A stretch of DNA of 64,000 nt from Candidatus Latescibacterota bacterium (GCA_965223905.1 CBDCXV010000002.1:320001-384000), one strand, 5' to 3'; counted from the stretch's first letter, positions 45,601 through 54,108 are shown. Numbers and translations are program-made. Notes: generated from the letters alone by a model not told the origin.

Positions 45601-45930
45601 CGTCGGAAGGCAACCGTCCTTCTCGGTCACCTCTCGGAAATCGACGCCTACAACGTTTACGCCGAAGGCGAGAAGTTGTTCGACAAGGAACAGTACGTCG
45701 AGGCGATCGAGATTTTTGAGCAGGTTCTGGAAAAGTATCCGGACAGCGATCAGGCGGTAAACGCCGCCGTCAACATTGGGGCCGCCTACATGGCACAGGA
45801 AGAGTATCGGAAAGCAGCCGACGTATTCAAACAAGTAGTCGAAAAGTACAGCGAAGCAGCGAGGTTTTCTCCGCAAATAGATTTTTCCAAGCAGCAGCTG
45901 CAGGCTCTGGAAGAAGCTCGTGTCATATAA
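42685..45930 (+). CDS. Large membrane-anchored tetratricopeptide repeat protein (1081 aa)
   Basis: N-terminal hydrophobic helix; many BamD/CpoB-style repeats (YPDS...A.Y..G); AAGGAG RBS. Confidence 0.88.
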   Translation: MTVWLGLIVLGLGVGTSLFLPVPQSLKTKFDAGQSLYALGEYEGAIIEYSKVVKFNSRAVRTDSVLVGFGDELELPIMAAAWYQLGNAHMRSGAHEKAVDAFRQVTEQTGVPEDFRQLVQFRVAETRFMQKEFGKAAAEYKRYTEMFPDSKLAGESLFYAGWSEFNLESYDQAITTLASMLERYPEDRYAPDSQFRIASSYYEKAEYQRAVDEAQAVLDRYPESPVIASATYLKAQAFDEMDRPDEAIKAYREVRDLYDRMYELLRGSFREGKNVDFENYRQLFETSSLRVAEIYRKQGQFEEAYQELISAQETAEERFYKAKVQMRLGDNYMEWERFDDAWNTYNQVITLYGDTPYPPNAQYQKGEARYFAGRYDEARSEYQLVTQNYPDSETSLRAQALYSAGWSSEKLGDFEEAQSLYTEVVESFPRSDQAPLCLLRIGRVNTEQQRFEEAIEAYEMIAENYGETKHAADGNYGLGILYKQTGRLEEAIAAFARVGRKAREVYVASLIEAANIHIGEGRSEKGKELLKELLAGVSGDRDLEATAHYQIAQLDLNNKNYFDAITRYTKVIEEYSEAGVVRDAHYGRGLAYHYANRYSSAIADYGWLLESDLPKPMLLKVEFSMALSLSAQGKDDEATELLNKVIDSGDETLARNAQLQLISMAEKQDPQDAIRTYESMLAKLESEEDKVRVLIRLASAYFRLEQYDRSIQASQQLIDLAVDVESISNALFVQANSFFRSGNLEQAIATYQTIIDNYPQIGWAKNAQFQIGVAYNSLSGGGNVQYLPFMVEAFRKYHQTYPDDEKAVYAHYYDAWASYRMGKWREAGTAFDQLAKNYPSSHFAPEALFRSGEAIFNLAQGLLREEKNQIFIEAMGKYDRVLSRYSKSEYVDDSLYNKAWALIHLGRKEEALPIFERIVDNHPDGYYGPKSQFTLGDFYYSEKVYDKATENYQKFLEIYPDERLKKAEDKKLRRKATVLLGHLSEIDAYNVYAEGEKLFDKEQYVEAIEIFEQVLEKYPDSDQAVNAAVNIGAAYMAQEEYRKAADVFKQVVEKYSEAARFSPQIDFSKQQLQALEEARVI

Positions 45931-45970
45931 GCTTTCAGTGCTGTAGCTCTAACAGGGAGGATTGTAGCAC

Positions 45971-46624
45971 ATGTTAGATTTCTTTCGTGACGGGGGACCG
46001 TTCATGTATCCGCTGGCTCTTTGGTCGATTATGGCCGTGGGTTTTTTCCTCGAGCGTGTGTGGACATATTCGCGGATGCGTAGCGAAGAAGAGTTGGCTG
46101 AAGCAACCAACGACATAAACACCCGTGTTGACTCGGGGACCACTTTCGAGCAGTTGCGGGAGTACTGTGCAGAGGTGGGCAAGCTGGAAGGTGAAGTATT
46201 CTTGGGGGGTATTGATCGCTTTGAGCACCTTTCGAAAGAACAGCGCACGATGGAAGAAATGCGCGCAGAAATGAACGGCACCGTCGAACGCGCAGCCCTT
46301 GGCTATCTGGAGCGCTACTTGTCGGTTATCCAGTTCGTCGCCAACTCGGTAGTGTTGTTGGGACTGCTCGGAACGGTGAACGGAATGATCCGAGCCTTCG
46401 AGGGTATCGCGGAGAAGGGTCTCGGTGAGCCGACCATCGTTGCGGCTGGTATCTCTGAAGCGCTGATAACCACCGTTACCGGCCTTGTAATCGCTGTGCC
46501 CTCGATTGCGATTTATACCTATTTCAGCACACGTGCCGAGAGCAGGTACGTCCAATTCGAAGCCTACGGACACGGCTTCGTCGACGCTTTGCTTCGTCGT
46601 TGGCAATCCTCGCAAGCTGCCTGA
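45971..46624 (+). CDS. exbB: MotA/TolQ/ExbB proton channel family protein
   Basis: GGPFMYPL...ER; LLGLLGTVNGMIRAF; GISEALITTVTGLVIAVP. Confidence 0.92.
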   Translation: MLDFFRDGGPFMYPLALWSIMAVGFFLERVWTYSRMRSEEELAEATNDINTRVDSGTTFEQLREYCAEVGKLEGEVFLGGIDRFEHLSKEQRTMEEMRAEMNGTVERAALGYLERYLSVIQFVANSVVLLGLLGTVNGMIRAFEGIAEKGLGEPTIVAAGISEALITTVTGLVIAVPSIAIYTYFSTRAESRYVQFEAYGHGFVDALLRRWQSSQAA

Positions 46625-46676
46625 GCGGCATTCTTGCAATTTTAATCAGGATTTAGGTAGGGAGGGACAAGGAGAG

Positions 46677-47096
46677 ATGGCAGCCGTCCAAAAACGTGGT
46701 GGCAATGACGAGAAACCCGACCTCACACCAATGATTGATGTGGTGTTCCAGCTTCTCATCTTCTTCATGGTAACGGCGGTGTTCGCTATCACCCCCGGTC
46801 TGGACATCAAGTTGCCAGAGGCAGAGGAGTCACAGGCCCCCGAGAAGGAAAACCTTTTTATTGTGGTCGATCAGGATGGCAATATGAAGCTCAACCATAA
46901 GAGCGTTACGTTTGCCAATCTCAAAGAGGAACTACAGGCCAAGAGGACGCTATTGGATAACACGACCTTGATAATCATTCAGGGTGACGAACGCGCTACA
47001 CACGGCCAGATCGTCCAGATCATGGACATTGCCAGACAGGTAGGCATTGTCGATCAAGTGATCGCAACGGAGCCGCAAAGAGGACGTGGGAAATAG
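46677..47096 (+). CDS. exbD: ExbD/TolR family protein
   Basis: DLTPMIDVVFQLLIFFMV with the conserved Asp; IQGDERATHGQIVQIMD; AAGGAG RBS. Confidence 0.93.
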   Translation: MAAVQKRGGNDEKPDLTPMIDVVFQLLIFFMVTAVFAITPGLDIKLPEAEESQAPEKENLFIVVDQDGNMKLNHKSVTFANLKEELQAKRTLLDNTTLIIIQGDERATHGQIVQIMDIARQVGIVDQVIATEPQRGRGK

Positions 47097-47201
47097 TCAT
47101 TCCAACCGCAGTAGATGCGTGAGTTTTTACAAAGTGAGTTCTCGACAGACCGGACTGGGAATGACGCACTCTTCGCGCCAAACACCTGAGGACTGAATAC
47201 C

Positions 47202-48533
47202 TTGGACGAACGAAAGAAGCAACTATACGCGATATTCGGGGTTGCAGTACTGATTCACCTGCTACTCATCATCTCTAAATGGTTCGCGTACGCTGTAGGC
47301 GCAGCTGCTTTTGCCGTGCTCCTGATGGCGCTATGGAAAGCTACGACTGGACGCCGACTGGGCCTAAACGCCGCCCTTATTCTGTCAGTGATTGTCCACG
47401 CCGGAGCTTGGGGTGTTGCCTACTACATGCAGCTTACAGTGGTTGAAGAAGAAGAAAAGCTGATTTACTTCCAGGCTCCCCCTCCCATTCTGCAGAAAAA
47501 CTTCGATCTCGCCAAACAGCCAGAGATATCGGAAGTACAGATGGAGATGCTGCTTTCCCAGGCAATGCAAGCCCCTGAAGATATTTCGGCAATCGTCGAT
47601 GTCAGTTCGGTGGGAAGCGACCTCCTTGGAGCGGTGTTGCCCGGAACCCAAGTGCTAGGGGCTTTCAGCGGGGCAAAAGCTGAAGAACTCGCCTTCGACC
47701 AAGTCGAGATGATCGAGTTGACACAGACCGCGGCACCCGTGCAGGAAGCTATGAGCTTGAAGCAGGAATTGCTGAACGTCGGCGACTTGGATTTCGGTCG
47801 TTTCCAGGCGATCCTCATCCAGGATCCGGACAACAAGCGCAATATCAAAGGCTTTTTCAACATGACGGTGGTCGACTACGATCTTGCCGACAAAAGCATT
47901 GATCGCTTTCCCACCGCTGTAGAGGAGTTGATGCGGTATATTCGCGACCACTCGCGTGTGAACGCACGTATCGAGGGTACGACACTGCGGCTCAGTGATC
48001 CCGGCGTGATGAAGGCGCCATTTATCTATCTGACTGGCAACAGCGCAGTATTCCAGTTCACCAACACAGAGAAGGAGAACCTCGGCGAGTACCTGAAGAA
48101 CGGTGGGTTTCTGTTCGCGGAAGAAATTCGGCAGGCAGATCCGGAAACCGGTCTCGACCAAAAGAATGCCGGCGTTCAGGGGACTCTTTTTGATCGTCAG
48201 TTCAAGGCGCTGATGAAGGATCCGGACGTCCTCGGAAGCGATGGCAGCAAATGGCAGAAAATCCCCAAGGACCACGATCTATACTACAGCTTCTTCGATT
48301 TCGAAGACGGACCACCGATGGGTGGGGCTCCGGGTGGCAATGTGTTCGACCTTGAAATGCTTGAGCTTCGGGGTCGTGTCGCGGTGGTTTTCAGCGATCT
48401 CAATATCAGCTGGTACTGGGGTGATCCGAACGCCGACGCGAGGGAACGTGGTTTGCAGTTCGGGGTCAACCTGATTGTTTATGCCCTCACCCAACCTGGT
48501 GGCATTGCAAATGTGACTCAATACACTCAGTAG
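47202..48533 (+). CDS. Membrane-anchored DUF4159 domain protein with a TonB/TolA-like SxxxH helix
   Basis: N-terminal hydrophobic segments including LSVIVH; C-terminal PFIYLTG...ENLGEYLKNGGFLF...DHDLYYSFF...GRVAVVFS...GVNLIVYALT. Confidence 0.8.
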   Translation: MDERKKQLYAIFGVAVLIHLLLIISKWFAYAVGAAAFAVLLMALWKATTGRRLGLNAALILSVIVHAGAWGVAYYMQLTVVEEEEKLIYFQAPPPILQKNFDLAKQPEISEVQMEMLLSQAMQAPEDISAIVDVSSVGSDLLGAVLPGTQVLGAFSGAKAEELAFDQVEMIELTQTAAPVQEAMSLKQELLNVGDLDFGRFQAILIQDPDNKRNIKGFFNMTVVDYDLADKSIDRFPTAVEELMRYIRDHSRVNARIEGTTLRLSDPGVMKAPFIYLTGNSAVFQFTNTEKENLGEYLKNGGFLFAEEIRQADPETGLDQKNAGVQGTLFDRQFKALMKDPDVLGSDGSKWQKIPKDHDLYYSFFDFEDGPPMGGAPGGNVFDLEMLELRGRVAVVFSDLNISWYWGDPNADARERGLQFGVNLIVYALTQPGGIANVTQYTQ

Positions 48534-48554
48534 GTTAACTAAAAGGTTAACTAA
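48532..48554. repeat. Tandem 11-bp direct repeat AGGTTAACTAA x2
   Basis: Copies at 48532-48542 and 48544-48554, each containing GTTAAC. Confidence 0.75.
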
Positions 48555-48563
48555 GCTGAAACG

Positions 48564-48611
48564 AGGAAAGCCCGGCGGTTCTTTACGGATCGTCGGGCTT
48601 TCTTCTTTTTT
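48564..48611 (+). terminator. Rho-independent terminator closing the envelope cluster
   Basis: GAAAGCCCGGCG...CGTCGGGCTTTC stem followed by TTCTTTTTT. Confidence 0.85.
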
Positions 48612-49072
48612 GTGTATCTGGTTGAGAGGCTTGAGAGCCTCTATCTCTCTCCCAAATGTCGGGTTGAGCGGCTTGAAGTTCCGGTTTTTTCGGTTTGCCT
48701 TCCGGGCACCCAGTCTCCACTACCATAATGTCCTCGGGTTTTTTCCATGTCACGGATTGTGATTCAGGCACCACGGCACGTAGCGGGACAAGCAACGCCA
48801 CGAAGGGGGCAGAATTACGATTTTGGGTGCCGTCCAATGTCACAGCACCCTGTCGGAGGCGATACACTGCCTGCCGACCCAGTGACATTCATTTTCCGAA
48901 GGAAAAGGGGCGTGGGGTTGTGTTACCCGCTTCGGCCCGGAGAACCTCATCGCGCATGCTTGCATCGCAATTTTTTCGGAACACTCCCCTCGACAATGCA
49001 GAATCCGTCCATATAGAGCTGGAGAAGATGATCGGAGGTTATGAGCGGAATACTTGGAGCCTGGGTTCGAGA

Positions 49073-49924
49073 TCAAACGCGGGTGTATTTGAAGACCAGG
49101 TTTTCGACACCCACTTCGCCGACATAAAGATCGCCATGACGGTCCACCCACAAAGAATGAGCGCCGTGAGGTCGATCGTCTGGTCCCCCGGTCACGACAA
49201 ACTGCGACATAAGCCGCCCCCCCGGACTGAAGATGCTCACGCCGCCTCCTTCAGCCACGAACACGGCCCCATCGGGATCGATGAAAAGCCCACAAGGATA
49301 CAGGCGACCTGGCCACTGCTCCAGAAAGCCGCCGTCGAAGTCGAAGAACTGGAGGCGGTTGTTCGGTTCGCGGTCGGCAACGGCCACTCTCTCGTCGGGG
49401 GTGATGAAGATATTATGCGGCAACGTAAATTGGCCCGGCTGAGACCCCTTTCCACCCCAGGAGTGTTTCCAGGTGCCGTCAGATGAAAAGCAGTGTACGA
49501 ACTGCTGGCCGTAGCCATCGCTGACGAAAATGTCCTCGGAGGGAGCTTGGACCGCCCTGGTTGGCATGTTGAACGGCTCGCCCGGTGCGCCGATATTGCC
49601 AGGGTTTCCCAGGGTCTGAAGCACCTTGCCCTCGGTTGTGCAGATACGCACGCTGTGATCGCGGCAATCCGTGATGAAGAGGCGATCGTCGGGCGAGATC
49701 CAGATTTCGTGCGGCAAGGGAAACAGGTCCTCACCCCAGGAGGTCAAGAAGCGACCCTCGCGATCGAACACCACAATGGCGGGTTCTGGTTCCCGGTCGA
49801 CGACGTAGACGCGGTCCGCTGAATCAACCGCAATTCCCGAATTTACACCCATGGCACGCCCGGCTTGCCCACGCCCCCAGCCTTCGACCCGTTCGTATTG
49901 GTATGGTGCCGATCCTACAATCAC
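49073..49924 (-). CDS. NHL-repeat protein (peptidyl-alpha-hydroxyglycine lyase-like propeller)
   Basis: FDREGRFLTSWG, PHEIWI, FNMPT, IFVSDGYG, SWGGKGSQPGQFTLPH, VADRE. Confidence 0.88.
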   Translation of the reverse strand: MIVGSAPYQYERVEGWGRGQAGRAMGVNSGIAVDSADRVYVVDREPEPAIVVFDREGRFLTSWGEDLFPLPHEIWISPDDRLFITDCRDHSVRICTTEGKVLQTLGNPGNIGAPGEPFNMPTRAVQAPSEDIFVSDGYGQQFVHCFSSDGTWKHSWGGKGSQPGQFTLPHNIFITPDERVAVADREPNNRLQFFDFDGGFLEQWPGRLYPCGLFIDPDGAVFVAEGGGVSIFSPGGRLMSQFVVTGGPDDRPHGAHSLWVDRHGDLYVGEVGVENLVFKYTRV

Positions 49925-50063
49925 GAGATTCTCCGTCTGTTGAGGTTAGGGCACCAAGCATTGATCGAGTTTTTGCGCCTGTCAAGGCAGGTAGAAAAAC
50001 AACGCGTTGACAGTAGATGTTCATTCTCGAAGTTAGGATCCGTTATTGTGGAGGAAGCATGGA

Positions 50064-51941
50064 ATGAGATTGCCCAACACGCTTGCGATCCTCGTTTTTC
50101 TCAGCGTAGGAGTATGGGCGGGGGAGGTCGATACATCGATGACGCAGGTCGCCACACTCCCCGGACCCGCAAGGCAGCTTGTTGAAGACGCCGAAGGCCG
50201 AATTTTCCTCGTTCTCGACGGACCCCGGGCAGGCTTGGCCCTGATTCAGGAGAATGGTGTCCGTATGGTCTATGAGGGGGCAGTGACTTCGGCAGCTGCG
50301 TCACTGGACGGCTTTCTTTTCCTCGTTGCAGGAGAAGAAGACAGGTGCGTTCTCCGTCTGTCTGAGGAGGAAGCGACTACCGTCGCAGACGGACTGGGGG
50401 TTTCCTCCATCGATGTCACTGCGGCCTTCGGAGCCGCGCCGACCGGCAAGGGTAGCATCGCTCGTTCCGCGGATGGCGCGGTCCGGGTCGAGGGCTGCCC
50501 CAATCTGCGCCGCGCAGATGGAACCTTTGGACCTGTCCCCAGTGCGGGCGGGGGCGACCTCGTTGTCCCGTTGACTCGCGATCTATTCGGGAACTCCTGG
50601 TCGCTGACCTCCTCGGCCGAGCCCAACACAAGGGTGTCCGTGCTCGCCGCCAACGAACCGGCCCGCTGGCAGGATGTCACCCCATCCGAAGGAGGGTCGT
50701 GGGAAATCATCCTTGCCGACGCCGTCGGCTTCGTATGGATCGCCGGGGCGAATGGACTGCGGCGTATCGACCCGAGCACAGATGAAGGCTGGCTTGAGCT
50801 GCCGCGAACGCTCAGCCTGCCGCCGGGAGAGGTTTCGGCTCTTGCCCGTTCTCCGAACGGGAGGGCCTTGGTCTGCTTCGCCTCTGGAGAAGTGATCGAA
50901 ATAGACTACAACAACGACATCGGCAAGGCGGAGATCGTCCATCTGACACGCGAACTGCTGGAGGCCCCTGTACAGGCTGCCTACACTGATTCACGGGGCA
51001 ACGTGTGGCTCAGCATGGGCAGCGAGCTTTATCGAAGGCAAGCGGATGAAAATGCTTGGCAACGCCACTGGAAGGCCCTGAGTCCGATGCCGGGAGGCAA
51101 CCACGACATCTTCTCCGTCGAGGTCGGTGGCCGTCTCTACACGGCGGGAGGGGTAACCAGTGGATGGGGGTTCCCCGCTGAGCATCACTGGTTCGACGAG
51201 TTGTGGGCGTACGTCCACGCGACCGGAGTTTGGGAGGTTGCCGGGCGCCTGCAGGCTGAGCTGTGCTACAACGGGATCGTCACGCTGGAACAGGATGTCT
51301 GGGTCGTCGGCGGCGCGGACAATGTCGACGACGTGAGAGTACCGACGGCTGCCGTTCAGATATTCGATCCGCGAACCGCGGCCTGGCGCCAAGGCCCGGA
51401 AATGAACGAAGCGCGCATGGAGCCGGTCGTCGTGACAGCGGCCGGCAGGATCTACGCGATCGGCGGAGCCAGCGACAAATCCTCCCCCATGGCATCGGTC
51501 GAAAGCATCGGTCCTAAGGAGCAAAGCTGGCGAATGGAGGCTCCTCTTCCGAAGCCGATGCGCCAGTTTGCCGGAGCAACCCTTGACGGCATCATTTATT
51601 GCATCTCCAAGGAAGCCGGATTCTCCTACAACGTGCAGACCGGCACTTGGAGCGAGCTCCCCCGTCTGCAGAACATGCCGCAGGCGGCCCAGGTGGCCGC
51701 CCACAACGGTGAGATATGGGTGCTGGGGGGCGTTCGCATCAAGCGAACCTTCCGCTTCGACCCTGCAAACGGCGAATGGCTTCCAGGCCCGGACTTGCCT
51801 ACCGAGCAATCCTGGGGTTCCGCCAGCGATCTCGACGGCCGCCTAGTGGTCGCCGGTGGTGCGCGTTGGTCCGAGTTTCACCAGCGCTACATTTTCGACG
51901 ATTCAGCATATATGTACAGGGAGGGCTCCTTCGAGGAGTGA
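50064..51941 (+). CDS. Exported beta-propeller protein with C-terminal Kelch repeats
   Basis: Signal peptide; GRLYTAGG, VWVVGG, GRIYAIGG, GEIWVLGG, GRLVVAGG. Confidence 0.82.
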   Translation: MRLPNTLAILVFLSVGVWAGEVDTSMTQVATLPGPARQLVEDAEGRIFLVLDGPRAGLALIQENGVRMVYEGAVTSAAASLDGFLFLVAGEEDRCVLRLSEEEATTVADGLGVSSIDVTAAFGAAPTGKGSIARSADGAVRVEGCPNLRRADGTFGPVPSAGGGDLVVPLTRDLFGNSWSLTSSAEPNTRVSVLAANEPARWQDVTPSEGGSWEIILADAVGFVWIAGANGLRRIDPSTDEGWLELPRTLSLPPGEVSALARSPNGRALVCFASGEVIEIDYNNDIGKAEIVHLTRELLEAPVQAAYTDSRGNVWLSMGSELYRRQADENAWQRHWKALSPMPGGNHDIFSVEVGGRLYTAGGVTSGWGFPAEHHWFDELWAYVHATGVWEVAGRLQAELCYNGIVTLEQDVWVVGGADNVDDVRVPTAAVQIFDPRTAAWRQGPEMNEARMEPVVVTAAGRIYAIGGASDKSSPMASVESIGPKEQSWRMEAPLPKPMRQFAGATLDGIIYCISKEAGFSYNVQTGTWSELPRLQNMPQAAQVAAHNGEIWVLGGVRIKRTFRFDPANGEWLPGPDLPTEQSWGSASDLDGRLVVAGGARWSEFHQRYIFDDSAYMYREGSFEE

Positions 51942-51952
51942 GGATTCTAAAG

Positions 51953-53047
51953 ATGGATTTGGGAGAGACTGGTTTTCACAAGAACGAGCTGGATACCCCT
52001 TTCCTTTGGGTCGATCTCAAAGGGATGGAGAAAAATATCGCCGAACTATCCCGGTTTTTCTCCGAAGCCGGGGTTAACTGGCGGCCCCACACCAAGGGGA
52101 TCAAGGTGCCCGCCATCGCACACCGAGCGATAGCCGCGGGGGCAATCGGGGTCACCTGCGCCAAGCTGGGAGAAGCCGAGGTAATGGCCGCCGCCGGAAT
52201 CAGCGACATTCTGGTGGCAAATCAGGTTGTGGGACCTCGCAAAGTCGCTCGACTCGTGAACCTGTGCCGGCAGGCAGACGTCAAGGTTGCCGTGGACAAC
52301 GCCGACAATATCGCCGCCATCGGTGACGCCGCCATCGACAAGGGGGTCGAGGTCGGTGTGCTGGTCGAGGTGGATACGGGCATGGGGCGAGCCGGGGTCG
52401 CCCCGGGCAAAGCGGTGGTGGATCTCTCGCGGCTGGCAGCGGAGACAGCAGGAATCAACTACCAGGGACTAATGGCTTGGGAAGGTCACGCGGTCAGCCT
52501 TTTCGAGCGACGCGAAAAGCGGGAGGCCATCGAGCGGTCGGTCGGACTGCTGGTCGACTCGGCGGAACTGTGTCGGAGTGCGGGACTTTCGGTTCCAATC
52601 GTAAGCGGCGGGGGCAGCGGGACCTACAAGGTGACTCCGTTTCTCCAGGGGATCACCGAAATTCAGGCCGGCGGGGCGATCTTCAACGACCCCCGTTACT
52701 CTCTACGGCACGTGGAGACCGACATCTGCATCTACGTGCGCTCGACGGTTACGAGCCGGCCCGTACCCGAACGCATGATCTTCGACGCTGGTTTCAAGGC
52801 CCTGCCGGCATGGCCGGGGCAGCCTGTGGCAGTGGGGATCGAGGATGTAGAGGAAATTACGACATCGGCCGAACACCTCGTGATGAAGCTGCGCAAGCCC
52901 AACTACGAGGTACGGGTTGGCGACGCCGCCGATTTCCAGCTGGGGTACATCGACGCCACCCTGTTCCTTCACGACAACCTCTACGGCGTCCGCGACGGGG
53001 TCGTCGAGACGGTCTGGCCGATCCTCGGTCGCGGCAAAGTGCGGTAG
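51953..53047 (+). CDS. DSD1/D-threonine aldolase family PLP enzyme (alanine racemase fold)
   Basis: LDTPFLWVD, WRPHTKG, TCAKLGEAE, VEVDTGMGRAG, AWEGH, GGGSGT, SAEH. Confidence 0.88.
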   Translation: MDLGETGFHKNELDTPFLWVDLKGMEKNIAELSRFFSEAGVNWRPHTKGIKVPAIAHRAIAAGAIGVTCAKLGEAEVMAAAGISDILVANQVVGPRKVARLVNLCRQADVKVAVDNADNIAAIGDAAIDKGVEVGVLVEVDTGMGRAGVAPGKAVVDLSRLAAETAGINYQGLMAWEGHAVSLFERREKREAIERSVGLLVDSAELCRSAGLSVPIVSGGGSGTYKVTPFLQGITEIQAGGAIFNDPRYSLRHVETDICIYVRSTVTSRPVPERMIFDAGFKALPAWPGQPVAVGIEDVEEITTSAEHLVMKLRKPNYEVRVGDAADFQLGYIDATLFLHDNLYGVRDGVVETVWPILGRGKVR

Positions 53048-53087
53048 CCAAACCGCAAGACGGCTGTACGGGGCTTCCCAGTCCGGT

Positions 53088-54029
53088 TCAGTTCCCGATC
53101 GCCCTGACGATGTGGCCGAAGCTGCGGCGCAACCAGGCGACCTTGTCGGCCGGCAGGGGACCTTTCTTCAGGCTGGTGATGTTGCGCTGAATATGCTCCA
53201 GCCGAATGCTCCCGCACATCACCGTGGTGACGCCTTCGGTGAACGCGGCGTAGCGATAGGCGGCCTCGGGCAGAGACTGAATGTTGCCGTCGGCCAGCAG
53301 GTGATCGAACGGCTGATTCGGTGAATCCTCCGCAATCAGGCCGTCCGCGCGGAGCTCGGCGACGACCTGCCGCAGTCGAATGCGGTCCGAAAACACGTTG
53401 CGGACGGCGAACACGTTGATCGTCCCGATCTCCTGCTCCATGCAGTATGGCAATACCCACTGTTCCGCCGACTGATTCAGCATGTTGTGGCCGACCATCG
53501 CGGCGTCCGCCAATCCTGTCGGCAGAAACGCCCGCAGCCATTCGTGATCGTCGTCTGACCTGGTCACCTCGCTGGAGCCGATGAATCGGATCTTACCCTG
53601 CTCAAGGAGCTTGTCCAGAGCCGGCAGGTGCTCTCCGAGCGCGACCTCGAGAGCCTGGAGATGGCGCGTGGTCACCAGCAGCAGGTCGATGAACTCGAAC
53701 TGGAGCCGCTGAAGGCTGGCCTCGACCGAGGCGACGATCTCCCCGGCGGTGAAGGGGGCGCCGTCATCGTCAGCCAGTGCCACCTTGCTCGATACCACCA
53801 TGCGGTCGCGAGGCAGGTGGCGCAGGGCTCGTCCGAGAATGAGCTCGCTGTCGCCGTAGCCAGGGGACGTGTCGAAATAGTGGATCCCCAAGTCGACGAC
53901 CTTTTGCAGGAGTCGGTGGATCTCCGCTTCGGGCACGCCGGCATTCTGCCCCAGTTGATTGTGTCCACCCGTGCCCATCCCCATGACCGGCACCTCGAGG
54001 CCCGTGCGTCCGAGGGTGCGATAGATCAA
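53088..54029 (-). CDS. Aldo/keto reductase
   Basis: YRTLGRTGLEV, FDTSPGYGDSE, SSKV, SLQRLQ..IDL, GKIRFIG. TTG start at 54029. Confidence 0.88.
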   Translation of the reverse strand: MIYRTLGRTGLEVPVMGMGTGGHNQLGQNAGVPEAEIHRLLQKVVDLGIHYFDTSPGYGDSELILGRALRHLPRDRMVVSSKVALADDDGAPFTAGEIVASVEASLQRLQFEFIDLLLVTTRHLQALEVALGEHLPALDKLLEQGKIRFIGSSEVTRSDDDHEWLRAFLPTGLADAAMVGHNMLNQSAEQWVLPYCMEQEIGTINVFAVRNVFSDRIRLRQVVAELRADGLIAEDSPNQPFDHLLADGNIQSLPEAAYRYAAFTEGVTTVMCGSIRLEHIQRNITSLKKGPLPADKVAWLRRSFGHIVRAIGN

Positions 54030-54108
54030 TTGGCGCCGTCCTGTTTTTCTGGGATTAGAACAACAACCTACATTAGCCGCTTTCTGTATTTCAAGAAAAC
54101 GGAAGCGG

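Noticed and set aside
37730-47096. Canonical Tol-Pal or TonB-ExbBD operon
   Set aside because: No Pal, TolA or TonB C-terminal domain; the TolB-like piece is fragmentary; gene order does not match.
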